64,000 nucleotides of DNA from an uncultured Spirochaetota bacterium (GTDB lineage: Bacteria; Spirochaetota; Brevinematia; Brevinematales; JAOACQ01), in contig CAWIGG010000003.1 of assembly GCA_963835575.1 (NCBI GenBank), forward strand, positions 32,001-96,000, read 5' to 3'. Below are positions 7,705 to 17,867 of this stretch, one piece after another (the first letter of the stretch is position 1; each line of letters starts with the position of its first letter). The notes under the pieces were generated by a model, which saw nothing but the letters and a program-made list of their open reading frames with translations, was not told the origin of the DNA and searched no databases. The position numbers and the translations under genes are program-made.

Positions 7705-9549
7705 ATGAAAAAGATAAAAACCGGACCGGTTCCTTTGAACGAGGAAAAAGGATACTATCTGCCATCCGAGGTCAGCCGTATTCCCGAGGACCCCGGCGTC
7801 TACCTGATGAAGAATAAAGAAGGAACCATCATATACATCGGGAAAGCCAAGAATTTAAAAAAAAGAGTTTCTTCCTACTTTCAAAAAAGACTTGATTCGG
7901 AATACAGCCTGAAAACCAAATTTCTTGTGGATAATATCGCCATCATAGATACCGTTTCCGTCAGGAATGAGTCCGAAGCACTGATACTGGAAGCCAATCT
8001 GATCAAACAGTTCCAGCCGAGATACAACATAGACTTTAAAGATAATAAATTCTATCCTTTTATCGCCGTCACTATTAAAGACGCGTTTCCCAGGATTGTC
8101 TTCACAAGAGAACCCCGGAAGGACGGAACGCTCTATTTCGGTCCCTATACCAGCGCCCGGTCGGTGCGCCAGTATATCGACCTGGTACAGCGGCTTTTTA
8201 AGATCAGGACATGCGTGATCATGCCGAAAAAAGAATGCCTGAATTTTTATATCAACCGCTGTACGGCCCCCTGCACTAAAAGAATTTCACAAGAGGATTA
8301 CCATAAGAACGTGACGGACGCCGTGGAGCTTTTGTCCGGTAATTCCCATACCCTGATCAGAAAGCTCGAAAAGCAGATGAAGGAATCGGCGTCCCTCCTT
8401 CAATTTGAAAAAGCCCAGGTTTTCAAAGAAAAAATCGAGGCAATCCGGATATTTGACGAGAGCCAGAACGTTTTTCTCGAATCCGGGATCAACGCCGATT
8501 TTATCGGGCTGTTCACCCATATGGGCCGGATTGTGTTTGTTGTTACCCATATCCGCAATGGAAAGATGATCGGGAAAAGAAGCTACAGCGCCTCCATGCA
8601 GGTTGAAGAAGAAATGGCGGACATCCTGTTTAATTTCTTAACGGAATATGACAAACAGTCGGATAAAAAGCAGTCGTATTATATCATTGATGAAAAATAT
8701 AAAAATATAATCGCAGGCGCAAACCTCTACCTGAAAAATAATAACAGGACGGCGCGCGTCATTATCCCGCGGGATGAAAAACAGAAAGCCCTTCTCAGAA
8801 TGGCCATGGAAAACGCGAGCCTCCATCTGACCCAGATCCTGAGCAAAGTCGACTCGTCGGAAGGCCTCAAACTTCTGCAGGAAGTTCTCCGGCTGGATAC
8901 TCTGCCGATGCGTATTGAGGGTTTTGATATCGCCAATATTCTCGGTCAGAACGCGGCGGCCTCTCTCGTGTCCTTTTATGCCGGCAAACCGGATAAACAG
9001 AACTACCGTATTTTCAAGATCCGGTCCAAAACGACCGCGGATGATTTCGCCATGATCAACGAGGCTGTTTCCAGAAGATATAAACGTCTCAAGGAAGAAG
9101 ATAAAGACCTGCCGGACCTGATCCTCATAGACGGCGGCAAAGGCCAGCTGAATGCCGCGCTCGAGGCCCTGGCCGGGTTAAACCTGAACCTTAATGTCGT
9201 ATCGCTGGCTAAAAAGAATGAGGAGATCTATACCCCCTATCAGGAGAAACCCATTATCCTCAGCAGGAATTCTCCCGCCCTTCATATTCTCCAGCAGGTC
9301 AGGGATGAGACCCACCGTTTCGCCAATACGTTTTACAACCGGTCTAAAACTAAAAAAGACATGGAATCTGTTTTCAACGGCATAAAAGGGATCGGGAAAA
9401 AAAGAAAAGAAATTATACTGAAAAATTTTTTAAACTATGATATAATAAAAACTCTGAGTTTAGACGAATTAATAAACAAAGGAATACCTCCAGCCGCAGC
9501 GCCGGCCGTTTATAAGAAAATGAAAAGCATCATGAAGGACAAGGAGTAA
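7705..9549 (+). CDS. uvrC: Excinuclease ABC subunit C
   Basis: PGVYLM..IIYIGKAKNLKKRV (GIY-YIG); RIEGFDI; PDLILIDGGKGQL; RDETHRFA; HhH GIG. Confidence 0.97.
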   Translation: MKKIKTGPVPLNEEKGYYLPSEVSRIPEDPGVYLMKNKEGTIIYIGKAKNLKKRVSSYFQKRLDSEYSLKTKFLVDNIAIIDTVSVRNESEALILEANLIKQFQPRYNIDFKDNKFYPFIAVTIKDAFPRIVFTREPRKDGTLYFGPYTSARSVRQYIDLVQRLFKIRTCVIMPKKECLNFYINRCTAPCTKRISQEDYHKNVTDAVELLSGNSHTLIRKLEKQMKESASLLQFEKAQVFKEKIEAIRIFDESQNVFLESGINADFIGLFTHMGRIVFVVTHIRNGKMIGKRSYSASMQVEEEMADILFNFLTEYDKQSDKKQSYYIIDEKYKNIIAGANLYLKNNNRTARVIIPRDEKQKALLRMAMENASLHLTQILSKVDSSEGLKLLQEVLRLDTLPMRIEGFDIANILGQNAAASLVSFYAGKPDKQNYRIFKIRSKTTADDFAMINEAVSRRYKRLKEEDKDLPDLILIDGGKGQLNAALEALAGLNLNLNVVSLAKKNEEIYTPYQEKPIILSRNSPALHILQQVRDETHRFANTFYNRSKTKKDMESVFNGIKGIGKKRKEIILKNFLNYDIIKTLSLDELINKGIPPAAAPAVYKKMKSIMKDKE

Positions 9550-9551
9550 GC

Positions 9552-10286
9552 ATGAATGCCTGCATTTATACTCAATCAAATTTTATCCGTAATACTTATA
9601 TCAATGCCCTTATACCCCGCGGCATATCGCTTTATCATGTCGAGCACGGCGATGAGTTGATCAGTAAAATCCTTTATACAAAAGCCGAAATTGCCATTCT
9701 GGATGTTATCCAGGAAGATTATGACGGCGCTTTTGCGTTATTAAAGCAGATCAAGAATCATGAATCGGAAGTTGTAAAAAAAACAGCCGTTATACTGATA
9801 ATAGGCGCCATTGATAAAACCCAGGTGACAGCCGCCATTCAACTGGGCGTGATCGGCTTTATTAAAAGCAATGCGGCAGAAGATTTCGTCGGCAACTATA
9901 TAATCGATATTTACAAGAAGGAAAAAGGCACTCCTCCCGAGAGAAAGTTTGTCCGGGTCTCATTCGATACAAGCAACACAAATGAAAGAATCGGTATTAA
10001 ACTCCGTTCTCCTATTAATTCGCAATTGATCATGGGGGTCATAAAAGACATAAGTTTTGGAGGAGTTGCCGTTGAACTTGTCGGCACTTATCCTCTGGAA
10101 TCATTATCCCCGGGACTGACAATTAAAAACATGCAGTTTATACTGGATGGGAAAGACGTTTATATTGACGGCGTTGTTGTGGCCTATCAAAAGGGTTTCT
10201 GCGCTTTCCGCTTTAACGATATGTCAGAAACCGTTCGTGAAACCATCAGCCATTTTGTTTTCCAGAAAATCTCATCTTTAGCGTAA
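9552..10286 (+). CDS. Receiver-like domain + PilZ domain protein (c-di-GMP effector)
   Basis: ERKFVRV and DISFGG PilZ motifs; N-terminal IAILD..G.IGFIK receiver-like fold. Confidence 0.8.
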   Translation: MNACIYTQSNFIRNTYINALIPRGISLYHVEHGDELISKILYTKAEIAILDVIQEDYDGAFALLKQIKNHESEVVKKTAVILIIGAIDKTQVTAAIQLGVIGFIKSNAAEDFVGNYIIDIYKKEKGTPPERKFVRVSFDTSNTNERIGIKLRSPINSQLIMGVIKDISFGGVAVELVGTYPLESLSPGLTIKNMQFILDGKDVYIDGVVVAYQKGFCAFRFNDMSETVRETISHFVFQKISSLA

Positions 10287-10311
10287 ATTTATTTTATATA
10301 AGGAACTTTCT

Positions 10312-11187
10312 GTGCTGAGAAAAAAAATCTCCTTTCCTAAAAGAATTAAAAGCATTCCGCAGGAGATTATCAATAAATCCGTCCTTTCCGCCCTTGAAGA
10401 AGACCTCGGTGTTGAAGGCGACATAACAAGCCTTTCCACATTATCAGGAAACAATAAAAAAGTTCAGTCAAAAGCTGTGGCCAGGGAGAATGGCGTTATT
10501 TGCGGAGCGGCTGTATTCCGTTCAGTATATAAGGTTCTTGACCCTTCCCTTAAAGTTAAAATTTTAAAAAAAGACGGGGAAACAGTCAAAAAAGGGGATA
10601 AGATCATTGAAATCACAGGAAATGCGGCATCAATAACAACCGGGGAACGCACCGCGATGAATTTTCTGGGATTGATGTCAGGAATTTCGACAAAAGTCAG
10701 GCATCTTGTTTCATCTTTAAAAAATTATCCGGTAAAGCTTCTTGACACACGGAAGACCCTGCCTGGACTGCGATATTTTCAAAAATACGCCGTCGCGGTC
10801 GGCGGCGGTTATAATCACAGGATTGGCCTTTTTGATATGATATTAATTAAGGAAAACCATATAGCTGCCGCCGGCGGGATCACGCCTGCAGTAAAAAAAG
10901 CAAGAGATTCTTATCCAGGCTCTATTATAGAAATAGAGATACAAAATCTAAAAGAAGCCGAAGAAGTTCTTTATACAGAGGCGGATATTGTCATGCTGGA
11001 TAATATGGATGATGCCACAGTCAAAAAAGCGCTTATCATCCTTAAAAAAGACAAATATATTGAAGTTTCCGGAAATATCGATGAAGCCAGACTTTTAAAG
11101 TTAGCCGGGCTTGGAGTGGATTTCATTTCCATGGGATCTCTTACCCATACTGTCAAACCGCTTGATTTAAGCCTTCTTATATTATAA
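10312..11187 (+). CDS. nadC: Nicotinate-nucleotide diphosphorylase (quinolinate phosphoribosyltransferase)
   Basis: EED..GDITS, ERTAMN, LDTRKTLPGLR, NHR.GL.D.ILIKENH, MLDNM. Confidence 0.97.
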   Translation: MLRKKISFPKRIKSIPQEIINKSVLSALEEDLGVEGDITSLSTLSGNNKKVQSKAVARENGVICGAAVFRSVYKVLDPSLKVKILKKDGETVKKGDKIIEITGNAASITTGERTAMNFLGLMSGISTKVRHLVSSLKNYPVKLLDTRKTLPGLRYFQKYAVAVGGGYNHRIGLFDMILIKENHIAAAGGITPAVKKARDSYPGSIIEIEIQNLKEAEEVLYTEADIVMLDNMDDATVKKALIILKKDKYIEVSGNIDEARLLKLAGLGVDFISMGSLTHTVKPLDLSLLIL

Positions 11188-11564
11188 TTTTTAAAACTAT
11201 TTTTTAAAAAGCTCAATATCAGGAAACAATAAATGATAATTTGATATAAGGACAGCTTATATTCAAATAATTGAACATATTTATATCTAATAATTAATCA
11301 CAGTATTTTTAATAAAATTTACATTTATAAGTTCAAAATTTGATAACGCGCTTGAAATTCCTTAATATTGCCTGTTTTATCATCAAATCAGAAAATATTA
11401 TTTAGTAAATATATTAATGTTATACACTATTTTTCCGATAATAGAAAAGGCTAACTCTTTCTACAGAAGGGGATTATTGCTTATTTGACTTCATTTTTGC
11501 GTAATTAAAAAGAGGTCATTAAAAAAAACGTGTTTTTTTAGAGGTTTTTTAATGGCAAAAAACC

Positions 11565-11593
11565 TTGATTTTTATTTAAAAATAAGCTATATT
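11565..11593 (+). promoter_or_regulatory. sigma70 promoter of tmRNA
   Basis: TTGATT-N17-TATATT, 13 nt upstream of the mature 5' end. Confidence 0.6.
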
Positions 11594-11606
11594 AGTTTTT
11601 ACTTCA

Positions 11607-11954
11607 GGGGGCGTCTGGCTTTCGACTGAGACAGCGGGATTTTTAAACTTCAGGCAGGGCTTGAGTAACCCTTTAAACTGCTCAACAAACATAAACGCAG
11701 AAGAAAATTATTCTTATGCAATGGCAGCCTAGTGCTGCTAACTGCTGGTAGCGCTCTCCTTCAGAGCTATAAGCGGGTAAGAAACGAAGGATAAGTTCTG
11801 CAATGCCGGGTTGCAGGGTCGAAAACAAACGGCTTTGAAACAGTCTCGTTTTGTTCCGTTCGCGGCTGTTTCGAGAAAAACAATGGAACTAAGCCTGTGA
11901 ATAAGGTTTTTTAGTTCTGGTTTCAGGACGTGGGTTCGATTCCCACCGCCTCCA
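11607..11954 (+). ncRNA. ssrA: tmRNA; tag peptide (A)AEENYSYAMAA
   Basis: 5' GGGGGCGTCTGGCTTTCGAC; 3' GGACGTGGGTTCGATTCCCACCGCCTCCA (T-arm, acceptor); resume codon GCA at 11697 after ATAAAC; tag ends AMAA-stop. Confidence 0.96.
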
Positions 11955-12011
11955 ATTAAAGAGGCTGCCGGATGAAAAAGGATTTTATACTCCCTAACAG
12001 GAGGTTACATT

Positions 12012-12332
12012 ATGAAGATTGACGGTGTCAACATTTTACCTCATACAAATAATGTTAAGGCTGTTTCATCACCTAGAATGACAGAGAGAGATTTTTCTTC
12101 CATTATAAAAATCCGTGAAGCGAATGCTCAAAGCGTCAATATTCCCAAAAACACAAATAAAGAGCTTGTACAGGATTTTGCCGAATGGTATTTTAAACAG
12201 GGCAGAACATACGAGACAACAAAAAGCTACAAACAGGCCATTTCAGCTTACGAAAAATCTAATTCTGTCGAACCGGACATTAATAAAACAAGTTCTATAG
12301 ATCAGGTCAGAAAAAAAGAATACGGCAAATAA
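12012..12332 (+). CDS. Small protein with a single TPR-like repeat
   Basis: AEWYFKQGRTYE..KQAISAYEKS..EP; GGAGG RBS. Confidence 0.65.
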   Translation: MKIDGVNILPHTNNVKAVSSPRMTERDFSSIIKIREANAQSVNIPKNTNKELVQDFAEWYFKQGRTYETTKSYKQAISAYEKSNSVEPDINKTSSIDQVRKKEYGK

Positions 12333-12585
12333 ATGTATTCTCATTCAAAGAACCACTTATCATATTAAATAGTACCGGTTTTAACTCATTTTCACCCTAA
12401 AAGTATCTTTCATTATTGAACATTTTTTTTATTTATATTATAATTTAAATTAATTTACTTTTAAAATAGGACTTACTGCTCATGAGTTCCGATTATAATA
12501 ATGAATATAAATATTGATTTATAGACTATCTTATTTTATATATGCCGTTTTTGATTGTATATTATATTGAAAAAGAGAGGGAAAA

Positions 12586-13284
12586 ATGCAGATATTTAAA
12601 AAAACAGCTATTATTTTAATGCTTTTTTATATAGCGGCATCATGCGCGCAGGACGCTGCAATAAACTCAAGCATATCTGTCTGCACAATTGGTAATTGGG
12701 TAAATTTTAACGGCACTCCGATCAAAGCAGCTCTATTAGATAAGAAAAAGGAGCCGGTAACCTCTGACGTTATTTTAAGCCCCTCTGAATTTTACATTGA
12801 CATCCGTACAATAAAGATGAAAACCGATTCCGGTCAATGGTTCACTATACTTGAAAACGGCACTTTTCTAAAAAAGGAAATTGTTCATTCCGTTAACACT
12901 ACCCCGCCGATGCTTGTGCCTCCCGGCTTTTATACGGCTTTTTTGATCGGATATGGCGCTAATTGGCAATTGAACTGCGTATATACAAATACAAACGGTA
13001 TTATCACTAATATGACCATTGCCAATACCGGATCCACAAATACATATTACTGCCTTTTAGGGACAATGCTGTCAATTTCATCAATAACAAATTCAGAAAA
13101 AATTCAGCCTGACACAGTTATTTCTTTACTCAATATAAGCGGTTATCCTCTAGAAAATGATGAATTCAAGCAATTCTATCTCTATTTTGACACAATGGAT
13201 ATGATTCGATTATTGACCAATTCCAGCGGTAATATTACAAATATTAAAATGACGCAGCCGACTCTCGAAATTGATTTAAAATAA
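12586..13284 (+). CDS. Putative lipoprotein, unknown function
   Basis: Signal peptide ending IAASC; beta-rich, Asn/Thr-rich body. Confidence 0.65.
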   Translation: MQIFKKTAIILMLFYIAASCAQDAAINSSISVCTIGNWVNFNGTPIKAALLDKKKEPVTSDVILSPSEFYIDIRTIKMKTDSGQWFTILENGTFLKKEIVHSVNTTPPMLVPPGFYTAFLIGYGANWQLNCVYTNTNGIITNMTIANTGSTNTYYCLLGTMLSISSITNSEKIQPDTVISLLNISGYPLENDEFKQFYLYFDTMDMIRLLTNSSGNITNIKMTQPTLEIDLK

Positions 13285-13297
13285 AAAAGGGGACCCT

Positions 13298-13702
13298 GTG
13301 AAATTAAAAAGATTAACCCTTCTTAATACCGGTATTGATATGATTCCTGTTATTAATATCGCTTTTCTGCTCTTAATGTTTTTTATGCTTTCTTCCGTTT
13401 ATATGAATAAGCCGGCAATCAATATAGATTTACCGGATAGTAAAATATCCGATATTCAGCCTGCCTGGAAAGCCGTAATCACTATTAATAAATCAGGATT
13501 AATAACCCTTAATGAAAACATAATTTCATCAGACAGACTTGGGATTAAGATAAAGGAACTTTGTAATAAAGACGATCATCTTAATGTAACAATAAGAGCA
13601 GATAAGGGAGTTCCCTATGGTAAAATGGTTGAAATAATGGATACAGCCAGACTGGCCGGAGTAAAAAAAATCAGTCTGGCCACATTCGCAAGGGAAGAGT
13701 AA
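13298..13702 (+). CDS. exbD: ExbD/TolR biopolymer transport protein
   Basis: IDMIPVINIAFLLLMFFML; IDLP; IRADKGVPYGKMVEIMD..GVKKISLAT. Confidence 0.9.
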   Translation: MKLKRLTLLNTGIDMIPVINIAFLLLMFFMLSSVYMNKPAINIDLPDSKISDIQPAWKAVITINKSGLITLNENIISSDRLGIKIKELCNKDDHLNVTIRADKGVPYGKMVEIMDTARLAGVKKISLATFAREE

Positions 13703-13705
13703 TAT

Positions 13706-14506
13706 ATGAAGGTTCTCAGCATTCAAAAAAGTTTTCTTGTCTCCCTCAGTATACATCTGTTCTTTATTATTTTTTTCAGTTTGTTATTAATCACGAACCG
13801 TTTTCAATCAAAAAACGAACCTGTCAGCATCAGCATTGAATCGGAATCAGAGAGCATTTCGAAAGGTCTCGGTGATAATATCTATGAACCGATAAAAAAA
13901 CCGGCTCCTCAGCTTAAAGAAAGAAAAACAAAGCCTGTTGAAAAAAATGCCGTGACTGAAAAAATCGCTCCGAAAAAAGAGAATCTGAAAAAAGAACTTG
14001 CTCTCAATTCAAAAAACGATCTGCAGAAAGACAGCAGTCAAAACGATAACTTGAATCAGATACAAAATCAGATCAGCAATAATATGGCAAAGGAAGCAGA
14101 AAATAAAAAAGTCAAACAGGAAATGGACCAGATTTTCGGCAACATTGAACAGGCATTGAAGGAAGGAAATTCCAGGACGGGGAAAGACGGTAAAGGCACG
14201 CTTTCTTCGGGCGATCCTCTCAGCGACGCGACATGGAGTTCAAAACCCAGGAAAACAATCTATTTCCCCAATATTCAATCCAGAATCCCTGATAAATACA
14301 AAAAAAAGGGGATGAGCTATTCGATTACCATGAGGCTTTCTTTCGATAAAAACGGACTGGCTACCAAAGCGGAGATAATTTCATCATCAGGAGATCCTTC
14401 CATAGACAGCATTTTTAATACTGAACTCCGCAAAATCCGCGTCGAACCCATTGAAATCGACCGTGTGGACGAGATTACTAAAGTATTTACAATCTCCCTC
14501 AAATAA
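13706..14506 (+). CDS. tonB: TonB/TolA-like energy transducer
   Basis: N-terminal TM with SLSIH motif, Lys/Glu-rich linker, C-terminal SSGDPSID domain; follows exbD. Confidence 0.8.
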   Translation: MKVLSIQKSFLVSLSIHLFFIIFFSLLLITNRFQSKNEPVSISIESESESISKGLGDNIYEPIKKPAPQLKERKTKPVEKNAVTEKIAPKKENLKKELALNSKNDLQKDSSQNDNLNQIQNQISNNMAKEAENKKVKQEMDQIFGNIEQALKEGNSRTGKDGKGTLSSGDPLSDATWSSKPRKTIYFPNIQSRIPDKYKKKGMSYSITMRLSFDKNGLATKAEIISSSGDPSIDSIFNTELRKIRVEPIEIDRVDEITKVFTISLK

Positions 14507-14507
14507 A

Positions 14508-14575
14508 TCAGCAGTCAACACAGTCAACAGTCAGCAGCATTTCGTGTATAGTTTATCTGTCTGATGCCGGCTGAC
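14508..14575. repeat. Degenerate 7-bp-periodic hairpin (GTCAGCA-type)
   Basis: ATCAGCAGTCAACACAGTCAACAGTCAGCAG ... CTGTCTGATGCCGGCTGAC; resembles the array at 40758. Confidence 0.5.
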
Positions 14576-14598
14576 AACAGAATAAAAGGTACTTAACC

Positions 14599-15495
14599 AT
14601 GGCATCTTTTCAGAAAATCATTATCCCTCGATTGATCAGAAAAAGAATACTTCAGAATTATCCCGAGCGCCCTCCTGTCATCGCGCACCGCGGCGGGGGC
14701 GGCCTGGCGCCGGAGAATACCCTGGCCGCGTTCCGGAACGCCGCCGGGCTGGGCGTTGACGGTATTGAATTTGATGTCCAGAGGTCAAAGGACGGGTACC
14801 TTGTCGTTTTTCATGATCCCGATGTGAAACGAGCGACCAACGGCCGGGGTATGATCAAGGACCTGACGCTTGCTCAAATCAATGAACTCGACGCCGGAAT
14901 AAAATTCGGAAGGGGGTTTTCAGGCGAACGCGTGCCGGCATTAAAAAGCGCTCTTGAATTTTTAGCTCCGCTTTCTCTCCAATTAATAATAGAATTAAAG
15001 CATCCGGAATATTATCCGGGCATTGAAAAACAGGTTCTGGACATGATTGATTCTTTCGGTATGAAATCCAGAGTAAAAATTGCCTCTTTTTGCGCCGGTT
15101 CACTCTCACGCGTCCATGAATTAGACAGAACGGTCCCTTTAGTCAGGAATTACCGGGTTAATCTTCCCCTCATAAATGAGAAATATGATGCCGCCAGCGT
15201 CAATTATCTCAATCTGCGTCTATTCCCATGGAGAATCAAAGATTACAGAAAACATTGCCGGGAAGTGATGGTCTGGAAAGCCGACAAATTATGCGATATG
15301 ATATTTTTCCTGAGAAAAGGCATTGACGCCGTCATTACGGACTACCCTGATAGAATGATAAGACTTCCTGGACTTGATTTACAAGGAATAATAACAAACA
15401 TTGGTTGTTTTGATAAACACGCCGCAAGTTTTGGAACTGTCATTAATTTAGTACTTCTGTTGTATTGTTTAAGACGCGTTTTTGGTTTAAAATGA
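14599..15495 (+). CDS. Glycerophosphodiester phosphodiesterase
   Basis: IAHRG..APENTLAAF, EFDV, VVFHD, IELK, ITDYPD. Confidence 0.93.
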   Translation: MASFQKIIIPRLIRKRILQNYPERPPVIAHRGGGGLAPENTLAAFRNAAGLGVDGIEFDVQRSKDGYLVVFHDPDVKRATNGRGMIKDLTLAQINELDAGIKFGRGFSGERVPALKSALEFLAPLSLQLIIELKHPEYYPGIEKQVLDMIDSFGMKSRVKIASFCAGSLSRVHELDRTVPLVRNYRVNLPLINEKYDAASVNYLNLRLFPWRIKDYRKHCREVMVWKADKLCDMIFFLRKGIDAVITDYPDRMIRLPGLDLQGIITNIGCFDKHAASFGTVINLVLLLYCLRRVFGLK

Positions 15496-15523
15496 TGCTG
15501 TTAAAATATAAAGATGGAATTGC

Positions 15524-15711
15524 ATGATTAATTTTTACGTATTTTTTTCAATCATTTCGTACAGTCTCGGATTTCTTGTTATTGTTCTTTCTTTATTATT
15601 TTTTCTGAAATGGAAGAACAGACTGTTGAAAAACACCTTCAGAATATCTATAAAAAAACGGATTTGAGCGACAGTAACAGACTGGCGGCGCTAATCTATG
15701 TCAATCATTGA
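15524..15711 (+). pseudogene. Internally deleted membrane-anchored LuxR-type regulator
   Basis: One frame: MINFYVFFSIISYSLGFLVIVLSLLFFLKWKNRLLK (TM); overlapping frame: QTVEKHLQNIYKKTDLSDSNRLAALI* (LuxR HTH recognition-helix pattern). Confidence 0.6.
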
Positions 15712-15858
15712 AAAACCGGGGAAAGATTTAATAAAAACCTCATGCCGGCTGATAATCATAATAATAAAAAAGTAAAAAATAATTTAACAATACGCATAAC
15801 CTATGCTCTTATTCAGAATGAACTCCGGCTTATCCGGGTAAAGTATTTCCTTTGACTT

Positions 15859-15887
15859 GCAATAAAAAACGCGTTATCCGTCAATAT
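15859..15887 (+). promoter_or_regulatory. ECF-type promoter upstream of the ABC exporter
   Basis: GCAATA-N14-CGTCAATAT, same boxes as the motif at 23681. Confidence 0.6.
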
Positions 15888-15951
15888 TGATTGTATTATA
15901 TTTGTCAAAAGCCATGAAATTTATTATTTTTAAAGGAAATAAGGATTTATT

Positions 15952-16911
15952 ATGGACGCCATCAAAGTCAATGATCTGACAAAGAAATTCAAGGATGTGC
16001 TGGCTGTCGACCGTGTCTCTTTTACTGTGGAAAAAGGAGAGCTTTTCGGTTTTTTAGGGCCGAACGGCGCCGGGAAAACAACAACGATCAATATGCTCTC
16101 CACTCTCATAAAGCCGACATCCGGCCTGGCTGAGGTGATGGGATTTAATATTAAGAGCCAGCGCGACAGCGTCAGGAAGAGCATCGGCGTTGTTTTTCAG
16201 GAACCGGCACTGGACAGCCGGCTGACGGGAAAAGAAAACCTGGAATTCCACGCGATGATGTACAAAATGCCCAGGGTAAAAAGGACGGAGAGGATCAAGG
16301 AAGTTCTTGAACTGGTCGAGCTTTCCGATAAGGCAAACAAAAAAGTGGAGACCTATTCCGGCGGTATGAAGCGCCGTCTTGAGATCGCCCGCGGGCTGAT
16401 GCATTATCCCGATATCCTTTTTCTGGACGAGCCGACAATCGGCCTGGATTCGCAGACCCGAAGGCATATCTGGGATTATGTTAAAAAGCTCAATAAGGAA
16501 ACCGGCATCACGATGATGCTGACGACCCACTATATGGAAGAAGCGGACTACCTCTGCGACCGGGTTCTCATCATCGATTACGGAAAAATTGTCGCGCTTG
16601 ATACTCCGAAAAATTTGAAAAACATCCTCGGCGGCGATGTCGTCGACCTGGAAATAGACGGCAGCTGTACCGATCTAATGAATGAATTAAAAAAACTGGA
16701 GTGGATAAAAACCGTGAAAGAACATGACTGCCGCTTGAGCCTGACAATGGAAAGGGGCGATAAAAGAATTCCTCAGTTAGTCACACTGGCCCAGCAGAAG
16801 GGCGCTCATATCGCTTCCATTAACCTGCATAAGCCCAGCCTGGCCGATGTCTTTATTCACTTTACCGGCAAGACGATCCGGGAACAGGAATCAAAACAAA
16901 AAGGGGAATAG
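15952..16911 (+). CDS. DrrA-type ABC-2 exporter ATP-binding protein
   Basis: GPNGAGKTT, YSGGMKRRLEIARGL, FLDEPT, LTTHYMEEAD. Confidence 0.93.
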   Translation: MDAIKVNDLTKKFKDVLAVDRVSFTVEKGELFGFLGPNGAGKTTTINMLSTLIKPTSGLAEVMGFNIKSQRDSVRKSIGVVFQEPALDSRLTGKENLEFHAMMYKMPRVKRTERIKEVLELVELSDKANKKVETYSGGMKRRLEIARGLMHYPDILFLDEPTIGLDSQTRRHIWDYVKKLNKETGITMMLTTHYMEEADYLCDRVLIIDYGKIVALDTPKNLKNILGGDVVDLEIDGSCTDLMNELKKLEWIKTVKEHDCRLSLTMERGDKRIPQLVTLAQQKGAHIASINLHKPSLADVFIHFTGKTIREQESKQKGE

Positions 16912-16912
16912 C

Positions 16913-17678
16913 ATGATAAATTTGACTGTGATCTATGTCATGTGGCTGCGCGACATGAAGCGTTTTGTCCGGTCGCCTTCGCGGCTGATCGGGAACCTGA
17001 TCATTCCTTTTCTATTATTGATATCACTGGGCACGGGATTCGGAAAAATGGCCATCCCCGGCATTTCCGGAAATATCGGTTATTTCGGCTTTCTGGTGCC
17101 CGGTATGGCGGCTATGACAATCCTTTTTACAGGAATGTTCTCAGGCCTTTCCGTTCTCTGGGACAGACAGTACGGCTTTTTAAAAGAGGATCATGGTGGC
17201 GCCGGTTTCCAGGGTCTCAATCGTTCTCGGCCGCATCGTCAGCGGAGCCACAACAGGGGTCGCCCAGTCATTTCTTCTGATATTCATCTCGCTCTTCATC
17301 GGGTTCAAACTGCCTTCACCCATGTCGCTTCTCTATGCCTTTGTTTTTATGGTGCTGATCGCTTTTATATTCACCAGCATCGGACTTATTTTCGCGTCGA
17401 GGATGAAAGATGAACAGGGCTTCGGCCTGATCATGAACTTTCTTGTTCTACCCATGCTTTTTTTATCCGGTGCTTTCGCGCCGCTGGACAACTTCCCGGT
17501 CTGGGTAAAAATCGTCTCTTATCTGAACCCTCTGACCTACGGAGTGGACGGACTGCGGAATGTGCTCCTCGGTTCTTCTTCCATGCCGTTATTGATCAGC
17601 TTCACCGTTTCCGGCGCGCTTGCCGTTCTGCTGATCATACTCGGGGCTTTCTTTTTTGAAACGAGTGAAGTTGTGTAA
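16913..17678 (+). CDS. DrrB-type ABC-2 permease (one frameshift near 17188)
   Basis: MINLTVIYVMWLRD..WDRQYGFLKE joins IMVAPVSR..FLSGAF..NPLTYGVDGLR if one G of GG at 17188-17189 is removed. Confidence 0.88.
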
Positions 17679-17711
17679 CCCTTTCTTTAAGTTAATTTTC
17701 TATTATAAAAG

Positions 17712-17857
17712 CCGTCATTGCGAGAGGCCGTTTTCTTCCACGCCACTAACCGTAGCACGAAGCAATCTATAAATTATCTACAGTTCCTTTGAAAGCAGAC
17801 AGATTGCTTCGTACGATGAATAGTGGCAAAGTTCAATCAAGTGACTCGCAATGACGG
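17712..17857. repeat. GTCATTGCGAG palindromic element, copy 1
   Basis: CCGTCATTGCGAG..CGAAGCAATCT..AGATTGCTTCG..CTCGCAATGACGG nested inverted repeats, between convergent genes. Confidence 0.9.
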
Positions 17858-17867
17858 TCTTTGTATT

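Noticed and set aside
11188..11560. AT-rich intergenic stretch as a possible replication origin
   Set aside because: No TTATCCACA-type DnaA box cluster seen and no dnaA/dnaN nearby.
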